Origin: Idiomarina sp.
GTDB lineage: Bacteria; Pseudomonadota; Gammaproteobacteria; Enterobacterales; Alteromonadaceae
Reading direction: 5' to 3'
Assembly: GCF_048260185.1 (NCBI RefSeq)
Contig: NZ_JBLXHB010000004.1
Span: 88,622 to 152,621 of the forward strand
Length of the DNA: 64,000 bases
Below are positions 25,184-33,529 of this stretch, piece by piece; position 1 is the stretch's first letter, and each line of letters opens with the position of its first letter. The position numbers and the translations under genes are program-made. The notes under the pieces are model-generated. The model had not been told where the DNA came from. It ran no database searches and was given only the letters and a program-made list of their open reading frames with translations.

Positions 25184-26611
25184 TTATCCAAACTGCTCTA
25201 ATGGTGAATCACACAGAATTCTATGTTGCCTAAGGTATTTGAGGGGGTCGCTTTCGTCTTCAGCTCTTCTAAGTAAGTCAGGATCGGCTATTTTAGCTGG
25301 TAAATCGACTGCGTTTTGTAGGTCTCTAAGTTGACTTTCAAACTCGTGGTGTTGTGGGCGAGTGATATCTCCAATGACTCTTTTATCGACTTCCTGAGTT
25401 GTTTTTGCTGAGGAAGGAGATTGTCGATTTTCTCGCCTGGGTAGTGGGTTTTTTTCACGCAAAGTCGCTACTTCATCGGTTTTAGAAGATAGACCGCAGG
25501 CGGAAATATATGCGTGCTCTAACACTGCTGTTGTTATCCTCTCGTCACCTGAACCAATCACCTGTTTTTGTGCTTGACGATAAATTCTGTGTGCCATATC
25601 AAGATTTCCAACGGAAAGCTCGAATAACTTATCATTAAGCTCGTTAGTTAATTCAGTAGTAATGTTGGTCCAATGTAAATCCCATAATTCGTTAATAAAA
25701 CAATCCCATCCATCGCTGTCACGAGCTAAAGCGTCCATCTCGAAATAGCCTCCGCTCTCGGCTCTTCGGGCTGCTTTTAATTTCTTTGCGAGCGTTTTAT
25801 TGAACGGTGGATTAGCACAAAAAAAGAGAGGAACACCTAAATTATTTACTAGGCTGTGTAAGAAATTCAGAAGGCTGACTTCACCACCCGTGCGGTTAAA
25901 CTCGAAGCGCTGCATTTCGTCTATGACTAAAATACCCAGAAAGCTAGCCTTAATTTTTTGTTCTATTTGACGATTAAGTCCACCGATGGTTGATTTGGGT
26001 ATTGTGCGTTCATTACCGATAGCCAAGTCTAAAGCAGCTAAGATTTCCTCACATAAGTCTCTAACGCTAGATTTGTTAGGGCAATCAACTTTCAACCAAA
26101 CGACTTGATATTTATGCTCCATGACGTGCCCGAAGTAGTTGTCATGCTCAATAACATTGGGAAAGTAGTTTAGTATTTGTTCAAGCATGCTTGATTTACC
26201 GACACCGCTCTCTCCAACAAGCGTAATTCCGTCTCCTTTAGGTTCAAAGTATCCAGTGCTCGGTGGAATATCGGGTCTTTGGTCAAGGGGATAATGTAAA
26301 AATTGTGACGTTGTCGGACTTAGTGGATTTTTCGCGGAGTAACCCGCTTTGATTGCATCTTCTATCGCTCTGAAACATTTATAGTAGATGGGCAGTGGCT
26401 GGCGCAGGTGTTTCAAGCGTAAAGTGTATTCCTCTCTTACCAAGGGATCGGGATGTTGCCTTATATCTTCATCAAGCTCAGGGTAATAGCTAAAAGCCTC
26501 CATAACCTTCTCTTGGCTTGCTTTAGGCTTTAAAGCTTCTATTAATGGGTTACCTTGGTGTTCCGGCAATATAGCTTTATGATATGTAGCCTTTTCCTTA
26601 CGCATAACCAA
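25184..26611 (-). CDS. tnsC: TnsC-like AAA+ transposition regulator
   Basis: 475 aa with Walker A GESGVGKSSML and Walker B LGILVIDEMQ. Positioned between tnsB and tnsD. Confidence 0.85.
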   Translation of the reverse strand: MVMRKEKATYHKAILPEHQGNPLIEALKPKASQEKVMEAFSYYPELDEDIRQHPDPLVREEYTLRLKHLRQPLPIYYKCFRAIEDAIKAGYSAKNPLSPTTSQFLHYPLDQRPDIPPSTGYFEPKGDGITLVGESGVGKSSMLEQILNYFPNVIEHDNYFGHVMEHKYQVVWLKVDCPNKSSVRDLCEEILAALDLAIGNERTIPKSTIGGLNRQIEQKIKASFLGILVIDEMQRFEFNRTGGEVSLLNFLHSLVNNLGVPLFFCANPPFNKTLAKKLKAARRAESGGYFEMDALARDSDGWDCFINELWDLHWTNITTELTNELNDKLFELSVGNLDMAHRIYRQAQKQVIGSGDERITTAVLEHAYISACGLSSKTDEVATLREKNPLPRRENRQSPSSAKTTQEVDKRVIGDITRPQHHEFESQLRDLQNAVDLPAKIADPDLLRRAEDESDPLKYLRQHRILCDSPLEQFG

Positions 26612-26617
26612 TGTGCC

Positions 26618-28735
26618 TTACTGTGATCGTCTACGAGGTAAATAAACAACACTATTAGTATTAGTGCTAATATCAGTTTTATCGTTTGGCTGTACTCGCA
26701 ATGAAGGGTCGCTTACGACTTTATTTGCTGTTTCGTGAATTTCAGTTTTGCGACGCTCTCTAGTATTTTTAGTCTTTTCAGCGGAAGTCATTCTGTCGCT
26801 TTTAGATCTAGCTTTTGCCTTTTTCTCGATATTAGTTCTTGAGACTTTAGTATCAATAGATTCAACACTTATTGGGCTTTTTTCATAATTCCTATTGAGC
26901 CAATCCAGAACGAACTCGGACTCGTGCATAGGGAGATTTTTGAGCATGCTTCCTTTTTTAAGCAAGCTACACTTGGTGAACGCATCATTTTTATCAAATC
27001 TAACGTATATGTAATTGGTAGTGTTTTCGTTAATTCTTGCATCTAACTGCCATTGTCCGTTGGTTCTGGCGATTGAAGCTAGCTTATCTTTAACCACGCG
27101 GTCACACGAGTAAAACATATTATTATACTCGATACCTCCACGAGTCATACTGGCCTTAGCTGGTGGATATAAACGACTAATAACATCATTGCTGTCGGCT
27201 AGTTTTAACGCATGCTTATGCTCAGCTATGTGGGCTTTCCAAAAATTTAGAGGGGTAGGAAGTATGTCTTTTTCAATTAGTAAGGAACTGGAGGTCGCCA
27301 GGCTTTTATAGAGAGAGCGGTTTAGCTCTAACACAGCATCAATCAACAAAGCAGTAAACTCGGATAATGTGTAGATTGCGTCTTTTCTTGGGTCTTTATC
27401 ACCACGAACAACTTTTCCCCCTCTCGTCGTGCCGAGGAGATTGTGGATCATTTCCTTATTTAATAACCCAAAGCGCCTTTCGACCATAGATTTAAAGTCC
27501 GGACGATATGGAGGAGATAGTTGTAGCTCTGTTAACGGCACTACCAAGTGCTGAGGGTTTAAACCAATCATTTCGCCATTGTCACACATTAACCTCAAAG
27601 GAATATGTGCTGCAGGCCAATCCGAATTTTGGATATTAATGCCAAACTCTTTGCAATAAGGCCCTTTGGGCAAAAAGGCGTTTGCAAGCGCCTGTCTAGC
27701 AGCTCTCCACGATGCAAAATACAACGATACATTTAATCCAACTATCATTGCGCTTGCCCTGTCAACAATAGTGTATATTGTGGGTCTTCCCAAAACGTAT
27801 TGCTTACCAAAGCTTGAAACTATATGAACGTCGGCGACTGTAGCGTCAATTTCAAAGCAGCTTCCGGGAACAGACCATCTTTGCCTTGCATTACCTAGCA
27901 AGTCTCTTTTATTTAGAAAATAGTCATGTTCAGTTGATGATTTTCTTGATATTTCATCTTCAGTAAAAAGCTTATGCTTCCATGAGTGAACTTGTTTATA
28001 GCTAGGAACGTATGGAATCTCACCGAGCGCCTTAGCCTTCTTAATCTCATCAGAGTAATATGTTCTCAACAACTCTTTCCTGGTCTCAACTAAGTTTTTT
28101 CCACCAGGTTTTAAATGATACTTCTCAAGAACTTTACGAATTTTTTCTTTATCAGCATCCGTGACTATAAAAGTCTTTGATCTTTTAACAGCAAGAGTTC
28201 TAGAGGTTCTAGGTGCCCCAAGTGCCGATTCGCTGACTTTGCGTTGTTGGCCTCGCCCTCCGCTGTATTGATATGCGGGTAACAAGGCGTTTTTGTCTTG
28301 GCCGTATCGCCAATAAGTGCTTAATAACCTAGCTATAGTTGTTCGGGCCTTACCTTTATCTTTTGCGTGCCTCGCTAATGATTGAACTCTATTCTTAGTT
28401 GCGTAGTCGAAAATAAACTCAGATTGTTCAATAAGACTTTCTATTAGGCTAAAGTTTTTATCTCTTACTGCCGCATAACGTTCGTTTATTTCTTCTTCAC
28501 TCATTAGTACATGTGGCGGTAATGAAAAACTCCCTTTCAAAGCTTCTTTTTTATTCAAGCTTCTAGAAAAACGTTCTAAATCTATTGCTATTGGCCTACG
28601 TATACCTTTTGTACTTTCCAAGTTAAATAATATTAAACAGCTAATATTTTCAAAAACCTGAAGAAGACGATATAACCCGGGCTGAACACCATCAACATTA
28701 CGGATATCCCATACACTGTTTTTAACAAGCTCCAC
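26618..28735 (-). CDS. tnsB: TnsB-like DDE transposase
   Basis: 705 aa. Mu/Tn7-type rve core (FEIDATVADVHIV ... RLMCDNGEM ... downstream E). Basic C-terminal tail. Overlaps tnsA by 14 nt. Confidence 0.9.
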   Translation of the reverse strand: MELVKNSVWDIRNVDGVQPGLYRLLQVFENISCLILFNLESTKGIRRPIAIDLERFSRSLNKKEALKGSFSLPPHVLMSEEEINERYAAVRDKNFSLIESLIEQSEFIFDYATKNRVQSLARHAKDKGKARTTIARLLSTYWRYGQDKNALLPAYQYSGGRGQQRKVSESALGAPRTSRTLAVKRSKTFIVTDADKEKIRKVLEKYHLKPGGKNLVETRKELLRTYYSDEIKKAKALGEIPYVPSYKQVHSWKHKLFTEDEISRKSSTEHDYFLNKRDLLGNARQRWSVPGSCFEIDATVADVHIVSSFGKQYVLGRPTIYTIVDRASAMIVGLNVSLYFASWRAARQALANAFLPKGPYCKEFGINIQNSDWPAAHIPLRLMCDNGEMIGLNPQHLVVPLTELQLSPPYRPDFKSMVERRFGLLNKEMIHNLLGTTRGGKVVRGDKDPRKDAIYTLSEFTALLIDAVLELNRSLYKSLATSSSLLIEKDILPTPLNFWKAHIAEHKHALKLADSNDVISRLYPPAKASMTRGGIEYNNMFYSCDRVVKDKLASIARTNGQWQLDARINENTTNYIYVRFDKNDAFTKCSLLKKGSMLKNLPMHESEFVLDWLNRNYEKSPISVESIDTKVSRTNIEKKAKARSKSDRMTSAEKTKNTRERRKTEIHETANKVVSDPSLRVQPNDKTDISTNTNSVVYLPRRRSQ

Positions 28736-29606
28736 TGAAGAGGTCCTCTGTATTAATATCTATACTTAAAATTTCAATGAAGTCAGAGTTCTCTAATGGA
28801 AAAGAAAGATCTACCGTAATCTTTTTTCTTCCGATTAAACTCCTCAACATAGTGAGGGAGGCTTCATGTTGCAATTTCAGCTTATCGATGAACAAGTAAC
28901 AGATCTCTCGAATAAGGTGTTTGCCTAGTGACAGGAAAGATGCAGCGATACTCAGTTCATCTTCAGTGAATATCTGCTTCTCTGACCTTAAAGGGTGGGT
29001 AGCCCAGTTAATGTTACTACTTTGAATTTGTGTTAGCTCATTACCAATAAAATAAGAGAATTTTACGCTCAGCAGCTCCCACCAAACTCTCTCGAGTTCT
29101 AATTTTTCAAGTACTCTTCTATTACTAACATCGTGCTCTGGCTTGACTGAAATAGCTTCATATATCTTTTTGCCGTCAATAAATCTAGTTAGCAGGAAAT
29201 CGGTAGTAATAACTATTGGTACCTTAGTTTCGGGATGAGCAGGGTGAACTATACCGAGAGCCTCAGCTATCTTTATCGATAGGTTTATAGGTAACAAAGG
29301 GAACTGTTCTCTGATGTCGATGACAGAATCCGAGTATTCGGCAAGGTAAAAGAACTCGGTTTCTATTGAGGAAAGAGTATGGTGTACTCTACCTGTTTTA
29401 AGACCTAAAACTTGCGAGCGAATTCCTTTCGATTTTACATCCTGGACCCTCAGCCAAGGCTTGTAGGTACTAAGTTCACCAATCCCGTACTTATCTTTTA
29501 AGGCTCGACTATAGTCATCGAACGTTTTGAGCTTTCTTCGAGCCATCAAAATTTCCAAAGTATAATTTCTTAATAGAATACTAGGCAGAAATGACTTAGC
29601 GTGCAA
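28722..29606 (-). CDS. tnsA: TnsA-like endonuclease
   Basis: SSIETEFFYLAEYSDSVIDIREQFPL plus ISVKPE is TnsA-type restriction-endonuclease-fold motifs. It is the first gene inside the right end. The start is probably MARRKL at 29546, because 29606 lies inside a TnsB-site repeat. Confidence 0.85.
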   Translation of the reverse strand: MHAKSFLPSILLRNYTLEILMARRKLKTFDDYSRALKDKYGIGELSTYKPWLRVQDVKSKGIRSQVLGLKTGRVHHTLSSIETEFFYLAEYSDSVIDIREQFPLLPINLSIKIAEALGIVHPAHPETKVPIVITTDFLLTRFIDGKKIYEAISVKPEHDVSNRRVLEKLELERVWWELLSVKFSYFIGNELTQIQSSNINWATHPLRSEKQIFTEDELSIAASFLSLGKHLIREICYLFIDKLKLQHEASLTMLRSLIGRKKITVDLSFPLENSDFIEILSIDINTEDLFSGAC

Positions 29607-29678
29607 ACTTTATGGGAAATTTTCATTCATTGCGTGCATGCTTTACCGCGAGCGTGCAAACTAAATTATCATTTCACA
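29598..29678 (-). repeat. Tn7-like right end with three putative TnsB-binding repeats
   Basis: AGCGTGCAAACT at 29598-29609 and 29651-29662, plus the variant TGCGTGCATGC at 29631-29641. The terminus ...ATTTCACA ends at 29678. Confidence 0.8.
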
Positions 29679-29683
29679 TTACC
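29679..29683. repeat. right copy of 5-bp target-site duplication TTACC
   Basis: Immediately follows the terminal ...CACA. Its last base is the first base of the (reverse-strand) yhiN stop codon at 29683-29685. Confidence 0.75.
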
Positions 29684-30864
29684 TACAACTCCGACCCACA
29701 GGCAAAACCACTACTCCAGGCCCATTGGAAATTAAAGCCTCCCAACCAGCCGGTTACGTCCAACACTTCGCCAATAAAGTACAGGCCGGGTTGCTTTTGG
29801 CTTTCCATGGTTTTGGAGCTGATTTCGTCGACGTTAACGCCGCCTAAGGTGACTTCGGCGGTGCGATAGCCTTCGGTGCCGTTGGGTTTTAACTGCCAGC
29901 GGTTAAGGTTGTCGGCTATGGCCTGAAATTGTGCGTTAGAGGTGTCGGCCAGTTTGTTGCTCAGCGGCCATTGGTGGTGCTCGGCTAATGCGGTCACCAC
30001 TCGTTTGGGGAAGTGTTGCTGCAATACGGTATTAAGCTGGGTTTTGGGTTGTTGCTGCTGTTGTGTTTTCAGCCACTCAAAGGCGTCTAAGTCGGGCAGC
30101 AGGTTTATGGTTACGGCTTCACCGGGTTGCCAGTAGGAGGAAACCTGCAAAATAGCAGGACCGCTGACGCCGCGGTGGGTAAACAGCATGGCTTCGCGGA
30201 AATAACCGTCGTGGGCTTCTGCACTTACGGGTACAGCTACGCCTGAAAGCTCGGCAAAGCGGGCTTTTTCGTCATCCTGCAGGGTAAAAGGCACTAAACC
30301 GGCGCGTACCGGAACAATAGAATGCCCAAACTGTTCGGCAATTTGATACCCCAGCGGGGTGGCGCCCAATTTGGGCATAGATAACCCACCGCAGGCAACA
30401 ACCAATTTCTCGCAGCAGTAATCGCCGCGGTTGGTTTCAATGCGGTAGTTGTCGTCGTAGTCTACTGACACAATCTCGGTGCGGAGCTGAACTTTGGCGC
30501 CTTGCCGGTCGCACTCGTTCATTAGCATGCGCACAATGTCTTTGGCGGAGTCGTCGCAAAACAACTGGCCTAAGGTTTTTTCGTGGTAGGCAATGCCGTA
30601 TTCACCCACCAGGCCAATGAAGTCCCATTGGGTGTAGCGGCTGAGTGCCGACTTGCAAAAATGTGGGTTGGAAGACAGAAAGTTCTCGGGGCCGGCGTAC
30701 ATATTGGTGAAGTTGCAGCGGCCGCCGCCGGAAATCAGTATCTTTTTGCCTGCCTGCTTGGCGTGATCCAATACCAGCACCGACTTACCGCGCTGTGCGG
30801 CATGAGCGGCGCAGTGCAACCCCGCCGCGCCGGCACCAATAATAATCACATCCCAGTTCGACAT
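29683..30864 (-). CDS. yhiN: YhiN/HI0933-family FAD-dependent flavoprotein
   Basis: 393 aa with DVIIIGAGAAGL (FAD-binding), the GGGRCNFTN signature and the C-terminal GEVLDVTGWLGGFNFQWAWSSG. Confidence 0.85.
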   Translation of the reverse strand: MSNWDVIIIGAGAAGLHCAAHAAQRGKSVLVLDHAKQAGKKILISGGGRCNFTNMYAGPENFLSSNPHFCKSALSRYTQWDFIGLVGEYGIAYHEKTLGQLFCDDSAKDIVRMLMNECDRQGAKVQLRTEIVSVDYDDNYRIETNRGDYCCEKLVVACGGLSMPKLGATPLGYQIAEQFGHSIVPVRAGLVPFTLQDDEKARFAELSGVAVPVSAEAHDGYFREAMLFTHRGVSGPAILQVSSYWQPGEAVTINLLPDLDAFEWLKTQQQQQPKTQLNTVLQQHFPKRVVTALAEHHQWPLSNKLADTSNAQFQAIADNLNRWQLKPNGTEGYRTAEVTLGGVNVDEISSKTMESQKQPGLYFIGEVLDVTGWLGGFNFQWAWSSGFACGSEL

Positions 30865-31355
30865 TATTTCTGCAACTGCTCCAGTACGTACTCGGCTTTG
30901 CTTACTTCAAAGGACTTGTCCTCTTCTACAAACAGGCCTTTTATCTGGCCGTCGGTAATGATCATGGCGTAGCGTTTAGAACGGATGCCACCGAAGCTGC
31001 CGGTGTCCATGCTCAGGCCCATTATCTGGTTGTACGCGCCGTTTCCGTCGGACAATAACCGAACCTTTTCTCCGATCCCTAAAGATTCGCCCCAGGCCTT
31101 CATAACAAAGGCGTCGTTTACAGCTACACAATTAATGCTCAGAACACCCGCTTCTTTTAATGCTTCGGCGTGTTCTACGTAGCCGGGAAGATGTTTCTCC
31201 GAACAGGTCGGAGTAAATGCGCCAGGCACTGAAAACAGTACGTGTGTGCCTTTAGCAAATATCTCTGCCGGGTCGTAGTTCTGAATGCCAAGATCACCTT
31301 TGCTGGTCAGTGAACCTGATGGAATTTTATCGCCTTCTTTAATTTGCTGACTCAT
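30864..31355 (-). CDS. Prx5-type peroxiredoxin
   Basis: 163 aa. PGAFTPTCS is the peroxidatic Cys motif. The length and fold pattern fit atypical 2-Cys/Prx5 enzymes. Confidence 0.85.
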   Translation of the reverse strand: MSQQIKEGDKIPSGSLTSKGDLGIQNYDPAEIFAKGTHVLFSVPGAFTPTCSEKHLPGYVEHAEALKEAGVLSINCVAVNDAFVMKAWGESLGIGEKVRLLSDGNGAYNQIMGLSMDTGSFGGIRSKRYAMIITDGQIKGLFVEEDKSFEVSKAEYVLEQLQK

Positions 31356-32130
31356 GAAAACCTCGTTTTATGTAAACATCAAAGCGATGCTTTTTACTCT
31401 TAATTTGACTGTTTGGTTCACGCCCGGCCAGAAAAAGTGCGCTGTTCGGGCGCTTAACCACCACCCGATATTTGGCCAGAGCGAGGGCGGGTTCCAGCAG
31501 GGTATCGGCGTCTTCGTCACTGCCCACCAACTGCTGGAACATTTGCATGTCTTTTTTTACTTGCGCCTTCTGCTTGCCGGTTTTTGGGTACATGGGGTCT
31601 AAATAAACCACGTCGGGCTCTTGAGTATAACCACTACCGGTAAAAAGGTTGTCGGTGCCAATTAACTGCATACGCTGGCAGGTGTCACCAATAAAGTCGT
31701 GTTCCTTCTGGGCTCTGTGTAGGCCATTATCGAGCAGCGCGGCGACAACCGGATGTCGTTCAATAAGCTGCAGCTCGCAACCTAAGCCCGCCAGTACAAA
31801 AGCGTCCCGCCCCAGGCCGGCGGTGGCATCGACAACCGATGGTTTAAACTGCCCACTAACACCAACGGCTTTGGCAATGGCTTCGTTCTTTAACTGTGTG
31901 TTCTGAGCTCGGTAGGCGGCTTTACCCTGATGAAAGTCCACCACTAAAGGCGACATTTTTTGAGGGCTTTGCAGCCAGTGCAGTGCCAGTACGCCGTCGG
32001 TCAGCCAAAGCTGAAAAACGTCACTATCCGTAGTTTCAGACGGTAGTCCCCAGCGCTCGGCAATGGCTTTTACCGCAACGGTTTCAGCATCGCTGCCTGC
32101 AAGAATGGGAACCCGAGCCGTAGTTGTCAC
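31339..32130 (-). CDS. rsmJ: 16S rRNA m2G1516 methyltransferase RsmJ
   Basis: VVDATAGLGRDAFVLAGLGC...ERHPVVAALL...VVYLDPMYP...VVVKRP are near-identical blocks to E. coli RsmJ (YhiQ). Confidence 0.8.
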   Translation of the reverse strand: MTTTARVPILAGSDAETVAVKAIAERWGLPSETTDSDVFQLWLTDGVLALHWLQSPQKMSPLVVDFHQGKAAYRAQNTQLKNEAIAKAVGVSGQFKPSVVDATAGLGRDAFVLAGLGCELQLIERHPVVAALLDNGLHRAQKEHDFIGDTCQRMQLIGTDNLFTGSGYTQEPDVVYLDPMYPKTGKQKAQVKKDMQMFQQLVGSDEDADTLLEPALALAKYRVVVKRPNSALFLAGREPNSQIKSKKHRFDVYIKRGFHESAN

Positions 32131-32579
32131 TGCGCAGCCTTGCGTTGCATATCAATGTGCGGAATATCGTCTTCCAGATACTCTTCGCTAATGGCCTCAA
32201 AGCCGAAGCTTTGATAAAAGTTCAGCAGATAAACTTGAGCGCCGACCCGAATTGGGGCTTTGGGGGCATACTCTTCAAGATAGTCGATGCTGCGTTGCAT
32301 AACTTCAACACCCAGCTTCTGACCTCGCACTTTTTCATGCGTTATTACCCGGCCAATACGGGAATAGCCGGTATCGGCGGTTGCCAGGTATAGCCGGGCG
32401 TAGGCGATCATCTCATCGGCATTGTTACGGGCGTACAAATGTAAGGCTTGCTCATCGGCGCCGTCAGCGTCCAGGTATGGGCAAGTTTGCTCCACCACGA
32501 AAACTTCCTGCCGAAGTTTCAGTAAGTCGTAAAGATCATGCAGTGAAAGGTCGTTAAATGCTTTTAAATGCCAGTTCAT
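32127..32579 (-). CDS. elaA: GNAT acetyltransferase ElaA
   Basis: LRQEVFVVEQTCPYLDADG...IGRVI...RGQKLG...GAQVYLLNFYQSFGF...EDDIPHIDM closely follows E. coli ElaA. Confidence 0.75.
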   Translation of the reverse strand: MNWHLKAFNDLSLHDLYDLLKLRQEVFVVEQTCPYLDADGADEQALHLYARNNADEMIAYARLYLATADTGYSRIGRVITHEKVRGQKLGVEVMQRSIDYLEEYAPKAPIRVGAQVYLLNFYQSFGFEAISEEYLEDDIPHIDMQRKAAQ

Positions 32580-33448
32580 GTGCCTACTTTCTTCAATGAG
32601 TTGCTAAGAGAAACCACGTTGCTTTTATTGATTTCGCTATCATACAGGGCCAACAGCTCGGCTACGGGTTTGCGACCGTCGCCTTTTTGACTGATGCTGC
32701 GCGAAACCGACAAGCTACTGATGTCGGCGTGCTTGTACAAGGCGCGGGTGAGGTCGGTGTCGTGGTTGCTTATTAGTACCGGAATATGGCGTTTCTTCGC
32801 AACCTGTACCGCACGGCGGGCTAACTCGTCCTGATCGGTCAGGCCAAAGCCACCGGTGGCGTAGCTGGTAAAGTTAGAGGTCTGATCCAGCGGTGCGTAG
32901 GGCGGATCGCAGTAAATTACATCGCCTTGTCGCGCACGCCGGAAAACTTGTTCAAACGGGCGGCAAATAAACTTGGCCTTGCGCGCTTTCTCGGCAAAAT
33001 GCTCGAGCTCTTTTTCCGGGAAATACGGTTTGCGGTAATCACCAAAAGGCACGTTAAAAATGCCTTTGCTGTTATAGCGACACAGGCCGTTGTAGCCGTG
33101 GCGGTTCATATACAGAAAAAGCAAAGAGCGAAAGTAAGGGTCGCTGCTGGCATTAAAGGCGGCGCGCAGGGCGTAGTAAGCGTCGGCCTGGTTGTTACGA
33201 TCGATGAACAGTTTGCGGGCGTCCTGAATAAAAGTTTTCGGACGGCGCTTCACAAACTGATACAGGGTAATGAGGTCCTGATTAATGTCGTTAAGCAGGT
33301 AGCTGTCGTAGTCGGTATTCAGAAAGACTGAACCGGCGCCCACAAAAGGCTCGATGAGCTTTTTACCTTGCGGCAAGCGTGCTGTTATCGGCTCGATAAG
33401 TGAGTACTTACCGCCTGCCCATTTTAAAAATGCCCGATTCTTCTTCAT
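32576..33448 (-). CDS. dam: DNA adenine methyltransferase Dam
   Basis: FLKWAGGKY (motif), FVGAGSVF (SAM binding), DPPY catalytic motif. Conserved position after damX. Confidence 0.9.
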   Translation of the reverse strand: MKKNRAFLKWAGGKYSLIEPITARLPQGKKLIEPFVGAGSVFLNTDYDSYLLNDINQDLITLYQFVKRRPKTFIQDARKLFIDRNNQADAYYALRAAFNASSDPYFRSLLFLYMNRHGYNGLCRYNSKGIFNVPFGDYRKPYFPEKELEHFAEKARKAKFICRPFEQVFRRARQGDVIYCDPPYAPLDQTSNFTSYATGGFGLTDQDELARRAVQVAKKRHIPVLISNHDTDLTRALYKHADISSLSVSRSISQKGDGRKPVAELLALYDSEINKSNVVSLSNSLKKVGT

Positions 33449-33529
33449 GCGCCGGCCGTTGGTTTATCCTTTGCGGATTGTAACCCAAAGGCCGGGGGAT
33501 GAAAATTGCTGACTGCGTGATTCGTCCGG

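Larger units (their letters stand above)
1964..29678 (-). mobile_element. Tn7-like transposon (~27.7 kb) inserted at the 3' end of yhiN
   Basis: Left end TGTGAAGTGACAATATAGTTTGTACATT matches the reverse complement of the right end TGTGAAATGATAATTTAGTTTGCACGCT at 22/28 positions, giving the TGT...ACA termini typical of Tn7. Sub-terminal AGTTTGCAC repeats occur at both ends and a 5-bp TSD flanks the element. The tnsABC + tniQ/tnsD operon sits at the right end. The interior is visibly more AT-rich than the flanks. Confidence 0.9.

Noticed and set aside
22000-25200. CRISPR array or cas genes associated with tniQ (a CAST-type element)
   Set aside because: No regularly spaced direct repeats and no Cas-like ORFs occur anywhere in the element. 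The intergenic regions 21956-22220 and 23373-23573 contain no repeats.
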